A DNA stretch of 64,000 bases from a virus (IMGVR_UViG_3300045988_176782:64001-128000), one strand, 5' to 3'; counted from the stretch's first letter, positions 34,563 to 45,808 are shown. Notes: generated by a model from the sequence alone, not told the origin. Made by a program: numbers and translations.

Positions 34563-34991
34563 CTTTTCTAATTTCATTTTGTTTCTTCCCGATAATACTC
34601 CGCGTTTAATTTCATTTTTGCTTTCCCTATAAGGTAGGCGGCGAGATTTTAATTTTATGTTTCCCTAAAAGTGGCTGTGAAGCTGCGAAAAGGTTCTTTC
34701 CCACCATTAATAGTATATAATAAATTTGTCAAATTTTCAAATTTTTATTTAACAAATTTTGAAATCCAAATATGAAAATCTCCACACCTTCGGTTGTGCA
34801 AAAAAAGGACACTATGAACATTGTTTCCAAGGAAAAAAAGGACACTATGGTAAATGAATTTTTATATTATATATAATGATATTTTTTTCTCATTTCCAAA
34901 GAAAAAATTTTTTAGTCTCATAAAAACTCCATAATAAAATAATCTCATTTTCTTACTTAATAATGAAGTAAGAAATAAATAGGAGGCTAAT

Positions 34992-35339
34992 ATGCTTATT
35001 TCAAAAGCACTTTATGAAAAATTACAAACAATAAATTCTATGTATGGCGCCGCGGCAACAGTGCAATTTTTATTTGCTTTAAACGAATATTATTTTAATA
35101 ACATTAAAACCACAGACAAAGTAATAATTGCATTAGGAATAGAAGAATTTTATGTTTCGCCTCAACAATTTACTAAAACAAACATAACAAATGAACAACT
35201 TTTATCTTTACTTTACGAAGGCAAAACTATGAAAGAAATTATAGAAGAAACAGGCTTGCCGCGCTCTACCGCCTACAGACGAATTAATAAAGTTAAGGAG
35301 ATGTTAAAACTTGACAATACCAATGGTAGTCTTGACTGA
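34992..35339 (+). CDS. HTH protein, replisome-organizer-like, 115 aa
   Basis: TAGGAGG RBS. C-terminal HTH is TMKEIIEETGLPRSTAYRRINKV. Confidence 0.5.
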   Translation: MLISKALYEKLQTINSMYGAAATVQFLFALNEYYFNNIKTTDKVIIALGIEEFYVSPQQFTKTNITNEQLLSLLYEGKTMKEIIEETGLPRSTAYRRINKVKEMLKLDNTNGSLD

Positions 35340-35964
35340 TTATTTTTTAGAAAAAATTAATAAAGTAGCAAGTTATTATGGAGCAGAGAAAGCTTTATAT
35401 TACCTTAATGAGCTATATAATTATGCTTACTATGATATTTATCCACAAGATGTTTTTCTAAAAAATTAGTTAAATTTTAGAAAAGATTCTCTAATCATTG
35501 ACTCCTATAAAAAAGATGCTTTTACTAAACCCACCATTCCAACTGGCCGCATATTAGAATATAAAATTAAAGGTCTAACTCCCCAGGAAATTGCAGGTAA
35601 AGTTGGTTTATCATCATCTACTGTGCGTAAGCGGCTGAATGACTTTATGAATGAAAGTGCCATTAATAGAGTTATTATAGAGAAAAAACCCAATCCCATA
35701 GAAGAACCAGTTGAATCATTACCTGATGATTTTGTTTTTCCAGAAAACGAAGACCCGCGAATTACGACTGCGAAAGAAGCACTTTGGCTAAAACAACTAG
35801 GATACCGCTATCTCATTGCAAGTGAAGTAGAAGATTACTATGACCGTGGTTATACACCAATAGAAAATCTTAGAAAGTTTGGCTGGTATTACTTAAAACA
35901 AAATGGCTATGATGTAGATTGGCCAACAGAAAAGGATGATGAGGATTGGGCAAGTTTGACTTAA
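35323..35964 (+). CDS. HTH protein, paralog of 34992..35339, 213 aa with one sense TAG
   Basis: The ATG at 35323 is in frame with track ORF 35623..35964 through TAG at 35467-35469. HTH is TPQEIAGKVGLSSSTVRKRLNDF. Confidence 0.55.
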
Positions 35965-36701
35965 AGTAGATAGAAAAGGATAAAGAGCGCACGCGCCTAA
36001 TCCCGCAAGAAGAAGCATTTCTACATTATTCTACTGATGATTTACTATATGGGCTGCTTGCCTATAAAGCAAATTATGACATTGAAACAAAGACTCTTTT
36101 TCTTAAACAAGAAGACTTACCTGCCATTAAAAAAATGGTTGCAGGTTGGTTAGACTGTACAATTAGAACAATGGGCAATCACTTACACGATTTAATGGAT
36201 AAGGGCTATATAGAATATGACTAGTTAAATAAGAGATATATAATAAAAAACTACCACGAAAAATATTAGTAGGTTAATAATCATATGCTTTTTGTTTTAT
36301 TACAAAATATGCGGCCAAATACAATTAAAATATACAGTTATTTATTAAATAAATATATTTGGAAAAAATCAGAAGGGAAAGTTTTTTATTTTTCTATTAG
36401 TTCCTTATTAAAAGATTTGGGTTATGTAAATATCTATAATCGTCTTGAACGCGAATCAATAAAAGATATATTGTTTTTCTTAAATTTAATGGGCTTTATT
36501 ACAATTTCTCGTGTATATAAAATTACTAACGATGTATATATACCATACTATTCTTTAGATTTTGCTACAATAAATGCGGATGAACTCCAACATAAACATC
36601 TATCAGAAATTGACCCCAATTTGAATTTAGAGCAAAGAGTACGCATCTATGAGCTGCCAGAAGATGTCGCTGTGGTTGATGACGATGGTCTTATTGAATG
36701 A
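35946..36701 (+). CDS. replication-module protein, about 251 aa with four sense TAGs (start uncertain)
   Basis: The frame of track ORF 36285..36701 stays open upstream through TAGs at 36222-4, a TAG-TAG pair at about 36267-72, and 35967-9. The nearest start candidate is TTG at 35946. Confidence 0.45.
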
Positions 36702-37140
36702 GACTTTGAGATTTTTTCTGTCATTTTTTGAAATTCTAATAATATCGCAACTCGGATTTTGTATATGAGAAATTCTGGAAGATAGATAAGAAATCTGAGA
36801 AGCGCCACACTAATGGAAAATGAAACATTAGCGGAAATCTGAGAAGCGCGCTAAGGAAATTCTGGAAGATTAATCGGAAATTCTATCATAAACTCTTAAT
36901 AGAATAAATAGAAGAATTAAGAGAGTATATTTATAATAGTTCTTACGAGACGGCCGCCATTAAAATGGCGCCCGCTTTAAAAATGATGATTGATTGATTG
37001 AAGACACGATAAAACTAAATTTCATAGCTGCGGCCGCAGGAATTTTTCTGCCTTCTCCACCATCCCTATTATAATTCAAATTTGTCCATTTTTAAAATTT
37101 ATATTCCAATCTATTTTTTTCGGGAAAAGGTATCCCTGTA

Positions 37141-37245
37141 ATTTTTGAAATTCTAACCTTTCTGGAACACAGGAAAAAATCCGATGCAAAATTTTGAAGA
37201 AAAAAAGTAGCATCGTAGCTCCTTACAATCATACAGCAAAATTTT
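37141..37245 (+). repeat. about 105-nt imperfect direct repeat, copy 1
   Basis: The ATTTTTGAAATTCTAA..TTTCTGGAACAC..GGAAAAAATCCGATGC..TTTTGAAGAAAAAAA block recurs at 37393. A partial copy lies at about 36724. Confidence 0.75.
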
Positions 37246-37392
37246 TTCTGGCCTCTCCCTACAAAAACGGAAATACTTACCATAATAAAATAACGGTATT
37301 TTTTCTCCTACTATGAGTTTGGCCGCGAAAGTTTGAAGTTCTCCAATTTTATTATGATTGAGGTATTTTCTCTTGGAAATGGTGTTGCGTGG

Positions 37393-37497
37393 ATTTTTGA
37401 AATTTGAATGTTTCTAGAACACGGAAAAATATCCGATGCGGATTTTTGAAGAAAAAAATTTACTTCGGGGAGCTTAACAACCATACATAGGAATTTT
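37393..37497 (+). repeat. about 105-nt imperfect direct repeat, copy 2
   Basis: ATTTTTGAAATTTGAA..TTTCTAGAACAC..GGAAAAATATCCGATGC..TTTTTGAAGAAAAAAA. Confidence 0.75.
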
Positions 37498-37673
37498 GTT
37501 CAGTGATGGTCGTGAGGGAACGAGAGGTTAGAATATAAAAAGTATAGTGTAGAAAATTTTGATTAGAATGAAAATTTTATTTACACACCATCATTTTTCA
37601 AGACTTAGAATTGGAGACACAAATGAAAAAACACGGAAAAAATAAAGGGTTTCGCGCCTATGCTGCGATTTCA

Positions 37674-37710
37674 ACTCCTCCCCTTCACTTCTCCCCTCCT
37701 CTCCCCTCCC
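37674..37710 (+). other. 37-nt polypyrimidine (CCTCC/TCCCC-rich) tract
   Basis: CTCCTCCCCTTCACTTCTCCCCTCCTCTCCCCTCCCC, read directly. Confidence 0.9.
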
Positions 37711-37826
37711 CGTGTGAAAAAATCCAATCCCAATTTCAAAACGCACGGAACTCCGGTCGGACATCCGAATATAAATATATTATATCCTTTTTAATTCGTG
37801 TAAGAAGTACCTATCATCAAAATAAG

Positions 37827-37851
37827 TATGAGGGCCTCTCATATTTTTTTT
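37827..37851 (+). terminator. rho-independent terminator ending the non-coding region
   Basis: TATGAG-GGCCT-CTCATA followed by TTTTTTTT. Confidence 0.65.
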
Positions 37852-37875
37852 ATATTATAATTTCGGAGGCTTACT

Positions 37876-38262
37876 ATGGCTGTTAGTTTTACGCTACAAG
37901 ATATAAAAACCACTTTAGAATCTGTGCCATTGCTAAAAGTTGAAGAGCTTGGCCGTCAATATAAATGTAAAGAAGGCATTACCACTATCTTGTGTGGCCA
38001 TATGCCTCGTTATCTTTCTTTAGAAAAATTAGTTATTATTTGTAAAAAGATTAATCCTTATATAAATTGGTCTTTTCCTACAATGAAAGAAATTAATGAT
38101 TTTTTTTATACAATAAATACAGATGAATTAAACTATGAAGATAGAAAAACCATCTTGAAAATTCGCACTAATCCCAATCTTTCAACATATTTTGAACTTT
38201 GGGACTTATATGATACATTAAAAAATAAAAAAACGGAGTGTGATACCCAATGTTCCGTATAA
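37876..38262 (+). CDS. hypothetical protein, 128 aa (first gene of the plus-strand late operon)
   Basis: CGGAGG RBS. Intact ORF. Confidence 0.55.
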   Translation: MAVSFTLQDIKTTLESVPLLKVEELGRQYKCKEGITTILCGHMPRYLSLEKLVIICKKINPYINWSFPTMKEINDFFYTINTDELNYEDRKTILKIRTNPNLSTYFELWDLYDTLKNKKTECDTQCSV

Positions 38263-38441
38263 TTTCCGCCCCTTCTGATCCCGTTCCAACTTATGTTTGT
38301 GATACGAAAAATGATTTACCTCTTATACTTAAAGAACAATTTGATGGTAATATGATTGGTATAACGGTTTTGTGTTTAGAAGATAAAAATGTTTATATGA
38401 TGAATGGGGACAAAGAAAATCCAACTTGGATAGTATTGTGA
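38250..38441 (+). CDS. hypothetical protein, 63 aa
   Basis: ACGGAG RBS. Overlaps the upstream gene end. Confidence 0.5.
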   Translation: MFRIISAPSDPVPTYVCDTKNDLPLILKEQFDGNMIGITVLCLEDKNVYMMNGDKENPTWIVL

Positions 38442-38453
38442 GGTGCAAAATAA

Positions 38454-39035
38454 ATGTTAGATTTAATTACATATGCACTTCTAAAAGCAAAACAAGTTGA
38501 GGCCGCAACAGGCATACAAGGTGCAGAAATAAAGAAAGGAGAACTTATCTTTACTTTGTCTGATGGTTCGATTGTTTCTGCAGGCAAACTTTGGGATGAA
38601 AACTCCTCTCCTATTACCAATGTAAAATTTGAAGATTCTACTCTTATTGTAGAACATCTAAGCGGCGAAAAAGAAACCCTTAATTTACCCCAAAACGAAA
38701 TTAAGGGTGTAGAGTTGTAGGGCACAAATCTTATTTTTACTTTCTTTGATAATACGTAGTTGGTTGCGCCACTTTCTGGAAAACAAATTACCGCCGCAGA
38801 AATTAAAGACAACCACCTAATTTTTACTTTTTCAGATTCTTCAACCTTAGATGCTGGAGAACTTTTAGTTTCTTCTGTGGGTATTGACGATACAAAAATT
38901 TCTCCTTCAACTACCTATAGTAGCGAAAAAATTTAGGATATTATAAATTTTGAACTTATTTGTTGCGGCGACAGTATAGATGTAAATTCTTCTTTGGAAA
39001 ATCTTATTCCTGATGCAACTTCACGTCAATGGTGA
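38454..39035 (+). CDS. tail-associated repeat protein, 193 aa with three sense TAGs
   Basis: Track ORF 38454..38720 continues in frame through TAGs to TGA at 39033-5. Has a repeated (E/N)LIFT(L/F)SD motif. Confidence 0.55.
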
Positions 39036-39038
39036 TTT

Positions 39039-40169
39039 ATGTATTATAAGATAAAAGATGAATTTCTTTCTAACATCGCCGCAGCAATTAGAGAAAAATT
39101 AAACCTGCAAAAATAGCTAGAAATACAAGAATTTTCTCCTCTTATTCATTCTATTGGAGGAGAAACCTTTTTTGAAGTAGAAGGTCAAACTACATTTTTA
39201 GGCTGGGATGGTCTATAGAGGTATCGGCAAAATGCCACTTCTCCTTTCCCTTCTTCTCCCACTCCAAATTTTCTTCTCGTGGAAAAAGAAGTAGGAGATA
39301 ATTTTCTTCGTAGTAAAATCTATACTACAACCTCCGGAAAACACCTACTTTTTATTAAACTTCTCGCCGCCGCAACAATTACACTAAACATTAATGCTTC
39401 TTTTGTTGATTGGGGCGACGGCACACAAAGTACTACTCTATCCCATACCTATTCTACTGCCGGCGCATACACTATAAAATGTGATGGTACAACACTAAAG
39501 GCAAACTTCATTTCTCCTAACAGCATTTTATATGAGGCGCATTTTGCAAAAGGCTTAACCACCATACAACAAAATGCCTTTTCCAATCAAACTTTTCTCC
39601 AAATTCTAACGCTGCCTTCTTCTTGCACCAATATCGCTGCGGAAAATGTATTTAACGGTTGCGTTAGTTTAAATGCGTTAGTGTTTCCAGCTAATTGTTC
39701 TATTACAAAGTTAAATGCTGTAAAAGTTTAGAATATAATTTTGCCTTCTACAATTTCTGAACTACCTTCTTCCTACAACAATAGTAATCCCTCTCTAAAA
39801 CAAATTACTTTGCCTGAAGGTATAAAGGAAATTCCCGCCGCGTCCTTTTTGTATAATTATGGTTTGGAGCAAATTCATTTACCTTCTTCTTTGGTTTCTA
39901 TTGGCTCCAATGCCTTTAAAGGATGCGCGAATTTACAAAAATTGGAAATCCCGCAATCAATTACTACCTTAAGTGTTGATTGTTTTAGGGATTGCACTGG
40001 CTTACTTTCTATTAAATTAAAGTCTCCTACGCCTCCTATTCTCCAAAATGGGCTTGTGTTTGATAAGTCAGCTTGTCCCATTGTTGTGCCTAAAGGGACA
40101 CTTACTACCTACAAAAACGCAACAAATTGGATATTACTCCAAGACCGCTTAAAGGAGGCCGTGCAATGA
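39039..40169 (+). CDS. BspA-type leucine-rich-repeat (LRR_5-like) protein, 376 aa with three sense TAGs
   Basis: The ATG at 39039 is in frame with track ORFs 39279..39731 and 39741..40169. Repeats are of the type LPSSLVSIGSNAFKGCANLQKLEIPQSITTL. Confidence 0.6.
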
Positions 40170-40339
40170 TACAACAAAAAATATATTCAACAATTCCACT
40201 TATTTACGAAACTAAAAGTGACCGTAATATGTGGATTAAAAGCGAACTTTCTGGCGCACTTTATGTTATTGCCTATGACCCTATTCCAAAAAAATATAGC
40301 GAAACGGAGGAACCAATAAATGAGTCAACGAGTGATTGA
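40166..40339 (+). CDS. hypothetical protein, 57 aa
   Basis: AAGGAGG RBS, then ATG inside track ORF 40127..40339. Confidence 0.45.
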   Translation: MIQQKIYSTIPLIYETKSDRNMWIKSELSGALYVIAYDPIPKKYSETEEPINESTSD

Positions 40340-40985
40340 CCTTGCTAAAAAGATTTCTCCTCCTCTCCCTTGGGGTAATTAGGGTGAGGCAGGAGCGACA
40401 GATTTATTCTTAGATATAAGTGAATTTTATATGGCCGATCCGAATGGGAAAGCCATTGTTACTTTTACCCGTCAAGATGGACATACTTACATACACAAAT
40501 TTTAGTTAGAAAATAAAAACCTATTCATAACCTTAACTGCTACCGATACACAATTAGTGGGGAAATGTGAAGTTTAGATTAATTGGCTTTCTAAAGGGAA
40601 CCGATTAACTAAATCTTATAATTATAAAAGTTTTATTCTCCCCGCTGCGTCAGAAAAGCCCTTCCCATTAACAGAAGAAAGTGTTGCTGCTTTAGATAAT
40701 TTGCAATCTTATATTGAAGATGCCAAAAAAATTCTTGAAGAAGCTAAACTTAAAAAACAAATTATCTTCTGTGATGAACTTCCATTGGAAGGTTTGAGTG
40801 AGTTTGTCTATTTACTATCAAAAGATAAAGGATTATATTATTGGTCTGATGGCTGGTATTTGCTTAATCCTAAAAGTTCTGGCGGCGGTTTAGGAGATTA
40901 TGATTTTGTTTTTGGCGGCAATGCTGAAGGTCCCACAAATGAAAGTCAGTGGATTGGAGGTACTGCTAGCCAAGTAGACCCTTAA
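40320..40985 (+). CDS. tail/baseplate-associated protein, 221 aa with three sense TAGs
   Basis: GGAGG RBS. The ATG at 40320 is in frame with track ORF 40701..40985. Only TAG interruptions occur. Confidence 0.5.
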
Positions 40986-41005
40986 TTCTTCATTGAGGTG
41001 ATATT

Positions 41006-42265
41006 ATGGCAATAAGTCTTAACACCAGAATTTGCCTACGCAATGATACGGCAGCTCGCTGGGTTGAAGTAAACCCTATTCTTAAAAAGGGCGAAATTGG
41101 CGTAGAAAATGATACTGGTAAGTTTAAAATTGGTAATGATGAAAGTAATTGGAACGACTTAGATTATGCCAATAGCGGCTCTGATGTATCTGTTGCCGCG
41201 CACTATGAAGGTGAAGCCGCAGAAGGCGAAACCGATGAAGCTGTTATTGCTCGTGTTATGGGCGCAACTGCCCCTGCAAATGACGACATTTTTGTTGTAA
41301 AACGTGTAATTAACGGCGAAAAGAAATCTTACACTTCTTACGTTTACAATGGCACTGCTTGGGCTGCGATGGATGGCAATTATAATGCTAATAATGTGTA
41401 TTTTGATGCTGATTTTGTCGCAACAGAAAAAGTTGGTACTATTACCATTCCCGCTTCTGGCAGCGCCACTGTAACAGCAGCAGGCAAAAATGTAAAAGAA
41501 GTATTGGCTTCTATTCTTGCGCAAGAAAAGAATCCTACTGTTACCCAACCCTCTGTTTCTGTTAATATAACTAATTCTACCAAAGCATTAGAAGTAGGCT
41601 CTAAAGTAATTCCTACCTATAAAGCTACTTTTAATGCTGGTTCTTATTCTTATGGCCCTGCTACTGGCATTACTGCAAAGACTTGGGAAATTACCAACTC
41701 TGTAACTGATGAAACATTAAATACTGCCGAAGGTTCTTTTGCAGAACTAACTGTGGCAGACAACACCAACTTCTCTATCACTGCTAAAGCAACCTATGAA
41801 GGTGGCGCAGTTCCCAAAACCAATATCGGCAATGAAAAACCCAATTTAGCTATCGCGGCTGGTTCCAAGAGCGCCGTTAGTTCTGCTAAAATTACTGGCT
41901 ATCGTAATTTCTTCTACGGTTTTGTAGCCTCTAGTTCTGCCGATGTCCCTGTTGATAGCGCGCTAGTTCGTAGTTTAACTGCTGGCGGCGCTTATAATGC
42001 AAAAAAATCCTTTACGATTAAAGCTGCAAACACTGCTGGCGCAAAGCGTATTGTTGTTGCGATTCCTGCTAACTCTACTCGTAGCGGCTTAATTTCTGTT
42101 TCTCTTGATAGCACTATGAATCTTGACATTACTGCTGAATATAATCAAATCGCTAATGTTAATGTTGAAGGCGCTAATGGTGCTACCGCAATTCCTTATA
42201 AGGTTTGGGTATATGAACCTGCTGAATTAGGCAGCGACCAAATTCAAACCATTACTTTAGGTTAA
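41006..42265 (+). CDS. tail fibre/receptor-binding protein with HylP-type N-terminal domain, 419 aa
   Basis: N-terminus LNTRICLRNDTAARWVEVNPILKKGEIGVENDTGKFKIGNDESNWNDLDY matches the streptococcal-phage hyaluronidase / Mtd-N-like motif. Confidence 0.65.
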   Translation: MAISLNTRICLRNDTAARWVEVNPILKKGEIGVENDTGKFKIGNDESNWNDLDYANSGSDVSVAAHYEGEAAEGETDEAVIARVMGATAPANDDIFVVKRVINGEKKSYTSYVYNGTAWAAMDGNYNANNVYFDADFVATEKVGTITIPASGSATVTAAGKNVKEVLASILAQEKNPTVTQPSVSVNITNSTKALEVGSKVIPTYKATFNAGSYSYGPATGITAKTWEITNSVTDETLNTAEGSFAELTVADNTNFSITAKATYEGGAVPKTNIGNEKPNLAIAAGSKSAVSSAKITGYRNFFYGFVASSSADVPVDSALVRSLTAGGAYNAKKSFTIKAANTAGAKRIVVAIPANSTRSGLISVSLDSTMNLDITAEYNQIANVNVEGANGATAIPYKVWVYEPAELGSDQIQTITLG

Positions 42266-42279
42266 GGAGGTAAGTGAAA

Positions 42280-43881
42280 ATGGCTGAAATTAAAAAGGTA
42301 TTTAATGCGTCTTCCTTACCTATTGCGTTTTCTCGTGGTAATCCTATTCCAATTGACAAGAGTTCTGTATGGTACTCTAAAACGGATATGGAAAATTACG
42401 CTAAAACTGGCGCAACCGCTTATGTTGGTCAAATTTTAGCATTAGTTGATGACGTAAATAACACTTCCACTGCATACATTATCACCGATACTACTGGCAC
42501 TTTAAAGGAAGTAGGCAGTGCAACTATAGGTGATAATAAAACTATTGTATTAAACGAAGGTGCGCTTTCTTTAAAAAACTGGGGCGTTGAATATTACCGT
42601 TGGGTAGATGCAGTAGGAGAAGAAGGGCAAGAAGGCTATGTTGCTGGGCATCATGAAAAGCAAATCGTTGATGAAACTCACCCTTGGATTGCTGGCTTAG
42701 AGCCTAAAGCAATCGCAGGCATTGATGGCACTTTTGAAATTGCTTGGTATCAGCCTTCTACTACAACTGTTGAAGGTTTAAATTCTGCTATTGGTTCTTT
42801 GCAAACTTCTGTAAATGAAATTAATAGTGCATTAGGTAATGCTGAAACTGCAGGCACCATTCGCGGTGATATTAAAGCTAATAATGATGCTTTAACCACT
42901 AAGCTCGCTCTCGCCGGTGGCACTATGACTGGTGATATTATCCTAACCGACGGCGGTAAAGCTATTTCTGATACTGCTGTTGCTGGTTTAATCGCATCTG
43001 CTGGTCATATTAAGCGCACAATTGTAGAAGTTTTACCTGAAGCCTCTACGGCTAATGCCAATACCATTTATATGGTTAAGGATGCTACAGTTACTTCTGG
43101 CGACGCATATAATGATTATATGCTTATTGACGGGGCACTAGTCCAAGTCGGCGGCACAAGCGTTGATTTAAGTGGCTATGCTACTACAGAAGCAGTAAGT
43201 GAAGTTCAAACTGCTTTAAACAACCATAAAGCTGACACAACTCTACACATTACTAATGAGGAACGTTCTGCTTGGAATAATAAGGTTGATAAGGCAGAGG
43301 GAAAATCTCTTGTTGCAGATGAGCAAATCACCAAGTTATTTGGTCTTGCTAACATCAAAACGATTGGGAAGAACCTTTCTCTTTCTGAAGATGGTGTTCT
43401 TGCTGCATTAGCAGAACAATATACTCTTCCTGCTGCAACCGCTAGCGACCTTGGTGGTGTCAAGAAGGGTGATGGCCTTTCTATTACCACTGAAGGTGTT
43501 TTAGCCGTTCAACTTAACACAGAAAAAGCCAACGGTCTAACTGTCAGTGCGGATGGCCTTGAATTAGCTCTAGCTTCCAATACTACCGCGGGTGCAATGA
43601 GTGCTGCCGAACATGTAAAGTTAGCCAATTTGGTAGAAAATGCACAAGCAAATATCATTGAGGGTGCTTTATTAGGTACTGTTGCCGCAACAATTGATGA
43701 GAATAAGAATCTTGTTATTCCTGTTGCAACAGAAACCGCGCTTGGCCTTGTTAAAGGTAGTAAGGAAGATAATGAAATTACAATCCAAGGAAATGGCGAA
43801 ATGGAAGTTAATCGTCTTTCTGTTGGTAAGTTATTTGTTCCAGAAAATGAAGAGTTCATTATTAATGGTGGGAATGCTTAA
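42280..43881 (+). CDS. tail fibre protein, 533 aa
   Basis: AAGGAGG RBS 9 nt before the ATG (the track begins at GTG 42274). Long Ala/Thr/Gly-rich fibrous sequence. Confidence 0.6.
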   Translation: MAEIKKVFNASSLPIAFSRGNPIPIDKSSVWYSKTDMENYAKTGATAYVGQILALVDDVNNTSTAYIITDTTGTLKEVGSATIGDNKTIVLNEGALSLKNWGVEYYRWVDAVGEEGQEGYVAGHHEKQIVDETHPWIAGLEPKAIAGIDGTFEIAWYQPSTTTVEGLNSAIGSLQTSVNEINSALGNAETAGTIRGDIKANNDALTTKLALAGGTMTGDIILTDGGKAISDTAVAGLIASAGHIKRTIVEVLPEASTANANTIYMVKDATVTSGDAYNDYMLIDGALVQVGGTSVDLSGYATTEAVSEVQTALNNHKADTTLHITNEERSAWNNKVDKAEGKSLVADEQITKLFGLANIKTIGKNLSLSEDGVLAALAEQYTLPAATASDLGGVKKGDGLSITTEGVLAVQLNTEKANGLTVSADGLELALASNTTAGAMSAAEHVKLANLVENAQANIIEGALLGTVAATIDENKNLVIPVATETALGLVKGSKEDNEITIQGNGEMEVNRLSVGKLFVPENEEFIINGGNA

Positions 43882-43944
43882 TTATTAAATTAATTATTCT
43901 CTTTTATAAAATACTTGCACATACACAACGAGGTGTAATTATTT

Positions 43945-45801
43945 ATGGCTGAACACATTTTAAATACACGGATTACTCTAAAGTATGATACTTATGAAAA
44001 TTGGCAAAAATCTACTTTAGTTCTGAAAGCTGGCGAAGTTGCAATCTGCGCAGTTCCAAGTGGTGTAACTGTTGAAGGCATCGCTAAGCCACCCGCCGTT
44101 CTTCAAAAAATTGGCGATGGTGTAAATGTCTTCAAAGATTTACCCTGGCTTCAAGCCGTTGCTTCTGATGTTCATACTTGGGCAAAAGCAGCGAGCAAAC
44201 CTACCTATAAAGCAGATGAAATTACTGGCTTAGACACTTACATTACTGGTCAGATTCAAGATACTGATACTCAATATACAATTGTTAAAGGCGACAACGA
44301 TTATACATATAAGTTAATGTCTCGTGCTAAGGGCGCAGAGAATTACTCTACTGAGGTCGCTACTTTATCCATTCCCGACCCCAGCGCGGATATTAATGTT
44401 CTTAAGGCCCTAGTTGGTGATACCGCAGTCGCTACTCAAATTAGCGAGGCTATTGCTGCTTTAAAACTAAGCGATACTTATGAGCAAAAGGGTGCTGCCG
44501 CAGCTGTAAAGACTGCTTTATTAGGCGACGCCGCGGAATCTTATAATACTTTAGGTAAGTTAGAAGATGCTGTAATTGCTGCGAAGGCCTCTGCCGATGA
44601 AAAAACTACTATGGCTGCCGTAGAAGCCAAAGACTATGCCACTAAGACAGAAGCCCAAGGCTACGCTACTGCTGTAGTTGGCGCGGCTGCAGATACCGTA
44701 GATAAGGACACTGTAAAGGGTGCCAAAGCTTATGCTAAGGGCCTTAATGATGCCACCAACACTCGCGTAGAAGCTCTAGAAACTGCCATTGGCGAAGGCG
44801 GCTCTGTTGATTCTCAAATTGATGCTAAGATTGCAGAACTGGATGCGGCAGAGGTTGCTGTTGGCACAGGTGAAATTATTGAGAAGATTTCTCAAACCGA
44901 CGGTAAGATTTCTGTAAGTAAGCGCGCTTTGGCTGCAGGCGATATTCCCACAATTGAACAGAATCAAGTGAATGGCCTTGCTGGCGCTCTGGCCGCAAAA
45001 CAAGATACCTTGGCCTTCCAAAGCGACAACTATGATAAAGAAACAAATAAGGCCATCACTAAGAGCGACTTAGACACAGCTATTGCGGGCTTGACAGGCG
45101 TAACTCACTTCAAGGGCGTAGTAGAGAATCTACCTGTTTCTGCTGAAAACGGCGATATTTACATCAAGACTGATGGCACTGAGCATATTTATGTAAAGCC
45201 TGATGCCGCGACAGAAGGCCGTTTTGAAGAACTGGGCGATCAAAATTCCCATATCAAGCACGGCACTGTTGTAGATAGCGATATTGCCGCTAATGCTGCT
45301 ATTGCTCAATCCAAGATTGCCGGTCTAACCGATGCCTTAGCCGCAAAGGCTAACACTGCTGACCTTGGTACCATGGCCGTAGAAACCGCCACAAATTATA
45401 TCAAGAAAACCGAAGCTTCTGGTTATGATGATATTCTAACCACTGCTGTTGCTGGCACAACTTACGAAACCAAGAAAGATGCTACAGCTAAGCTAACCGA
45501 AGCTAAGGGCTATGTTGATACTGAGCTTGGTAAGCTAGACCTTACAGAAGTTACTGCTGGCCAAGGCACAATCATTGGAGCGATTTCTCAAACCGATGGT
45601 CTTATTAGTGTATCTACTCGTGAATTAACTGCTGATGACATCCCTGTTTTAGCACAAAGCAAAATCACTGGTTTAGAGGCCGCTTTAAATGCGAAGGCAA
45701 ATGACGCTGATTTAGCAGCAATTGCAAAGAGCGGCTCTACTGATGATTTGATTCAAGGAACAGATACCTTAGTCTTTAATTGCGGCGGTGCGAATGCGTA
45801 A
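43945..45801 (+). CDS. tail fibre with HylP-type N-terminal domain and Ala-rich coiled-coil shaft, 618 aa
   Basis: N-terminus ILNTRITLKYDTYENWQKSTLVLKAGEVA..KIGDGVNVFKDLPWL. Has repetitive A/D/T/K-rich segments. Confidence 0.65.
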   Translation: MAEHILNTRITLKYDTYENWQKSTLVLKAGEVAICAVPSGVTVEGIAKPPAVLQKIGDGVNVFKDLPWLQAVASDVHTWAKAASKPTYKADEITGLDTYITGQIQDTDTQYTIVKGDNDYTYKLMSRAKGAENYSTEVATLSIPDPSADINVLKALVGDTAVATQISEAIAALKLSDTYEQKGAAAAVKTALLGDAAESYNTLGKLEDAVIAAKASADEKTTMAAVEAKDYATKTEAQGYATAVVGAAADTVDKDTVKGAKAYAKGLNDATNTRVEALETAIGEGGSVDSQIDAKIAELDAAEVAVGTGEIIEKISQTDGKISVSKRALAAGDIPTIEQNQVNGLAGALAAKQDTLAFQSDNYDKETNKAITKSDLDTAIAGLTGVTHFKGVVENLPVSAENGDIYIKTDGTEHIYVKPDAATEGRFEELGDQNSHIKHGTVVDSDIAANAAIAQSKIAGLTDALAAKANTADLGTMAVETATNYIKKTEASGYDDILTTAVAGTTYETKKDATAKLTEAKGYVDTELGKLDLTEVTAGQGTIIGAISQTDGLISVSTRELTADDIPVLAQSKITGLEAALNAKANDADLAAIAKSGSTDDLIQGTDTLVFNCGGANA

Positions 45802-45808
45802 TTAATAT

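Noticed and set aside
37611-37886. 91-aa plus-strand ORF (METQMKKHGK..).
   Set aside because: No SD. It reads straight through the polypyrimidine tract and the terminator hairpin and overlaps the SD-supported start at 37876. More likely non-coding.
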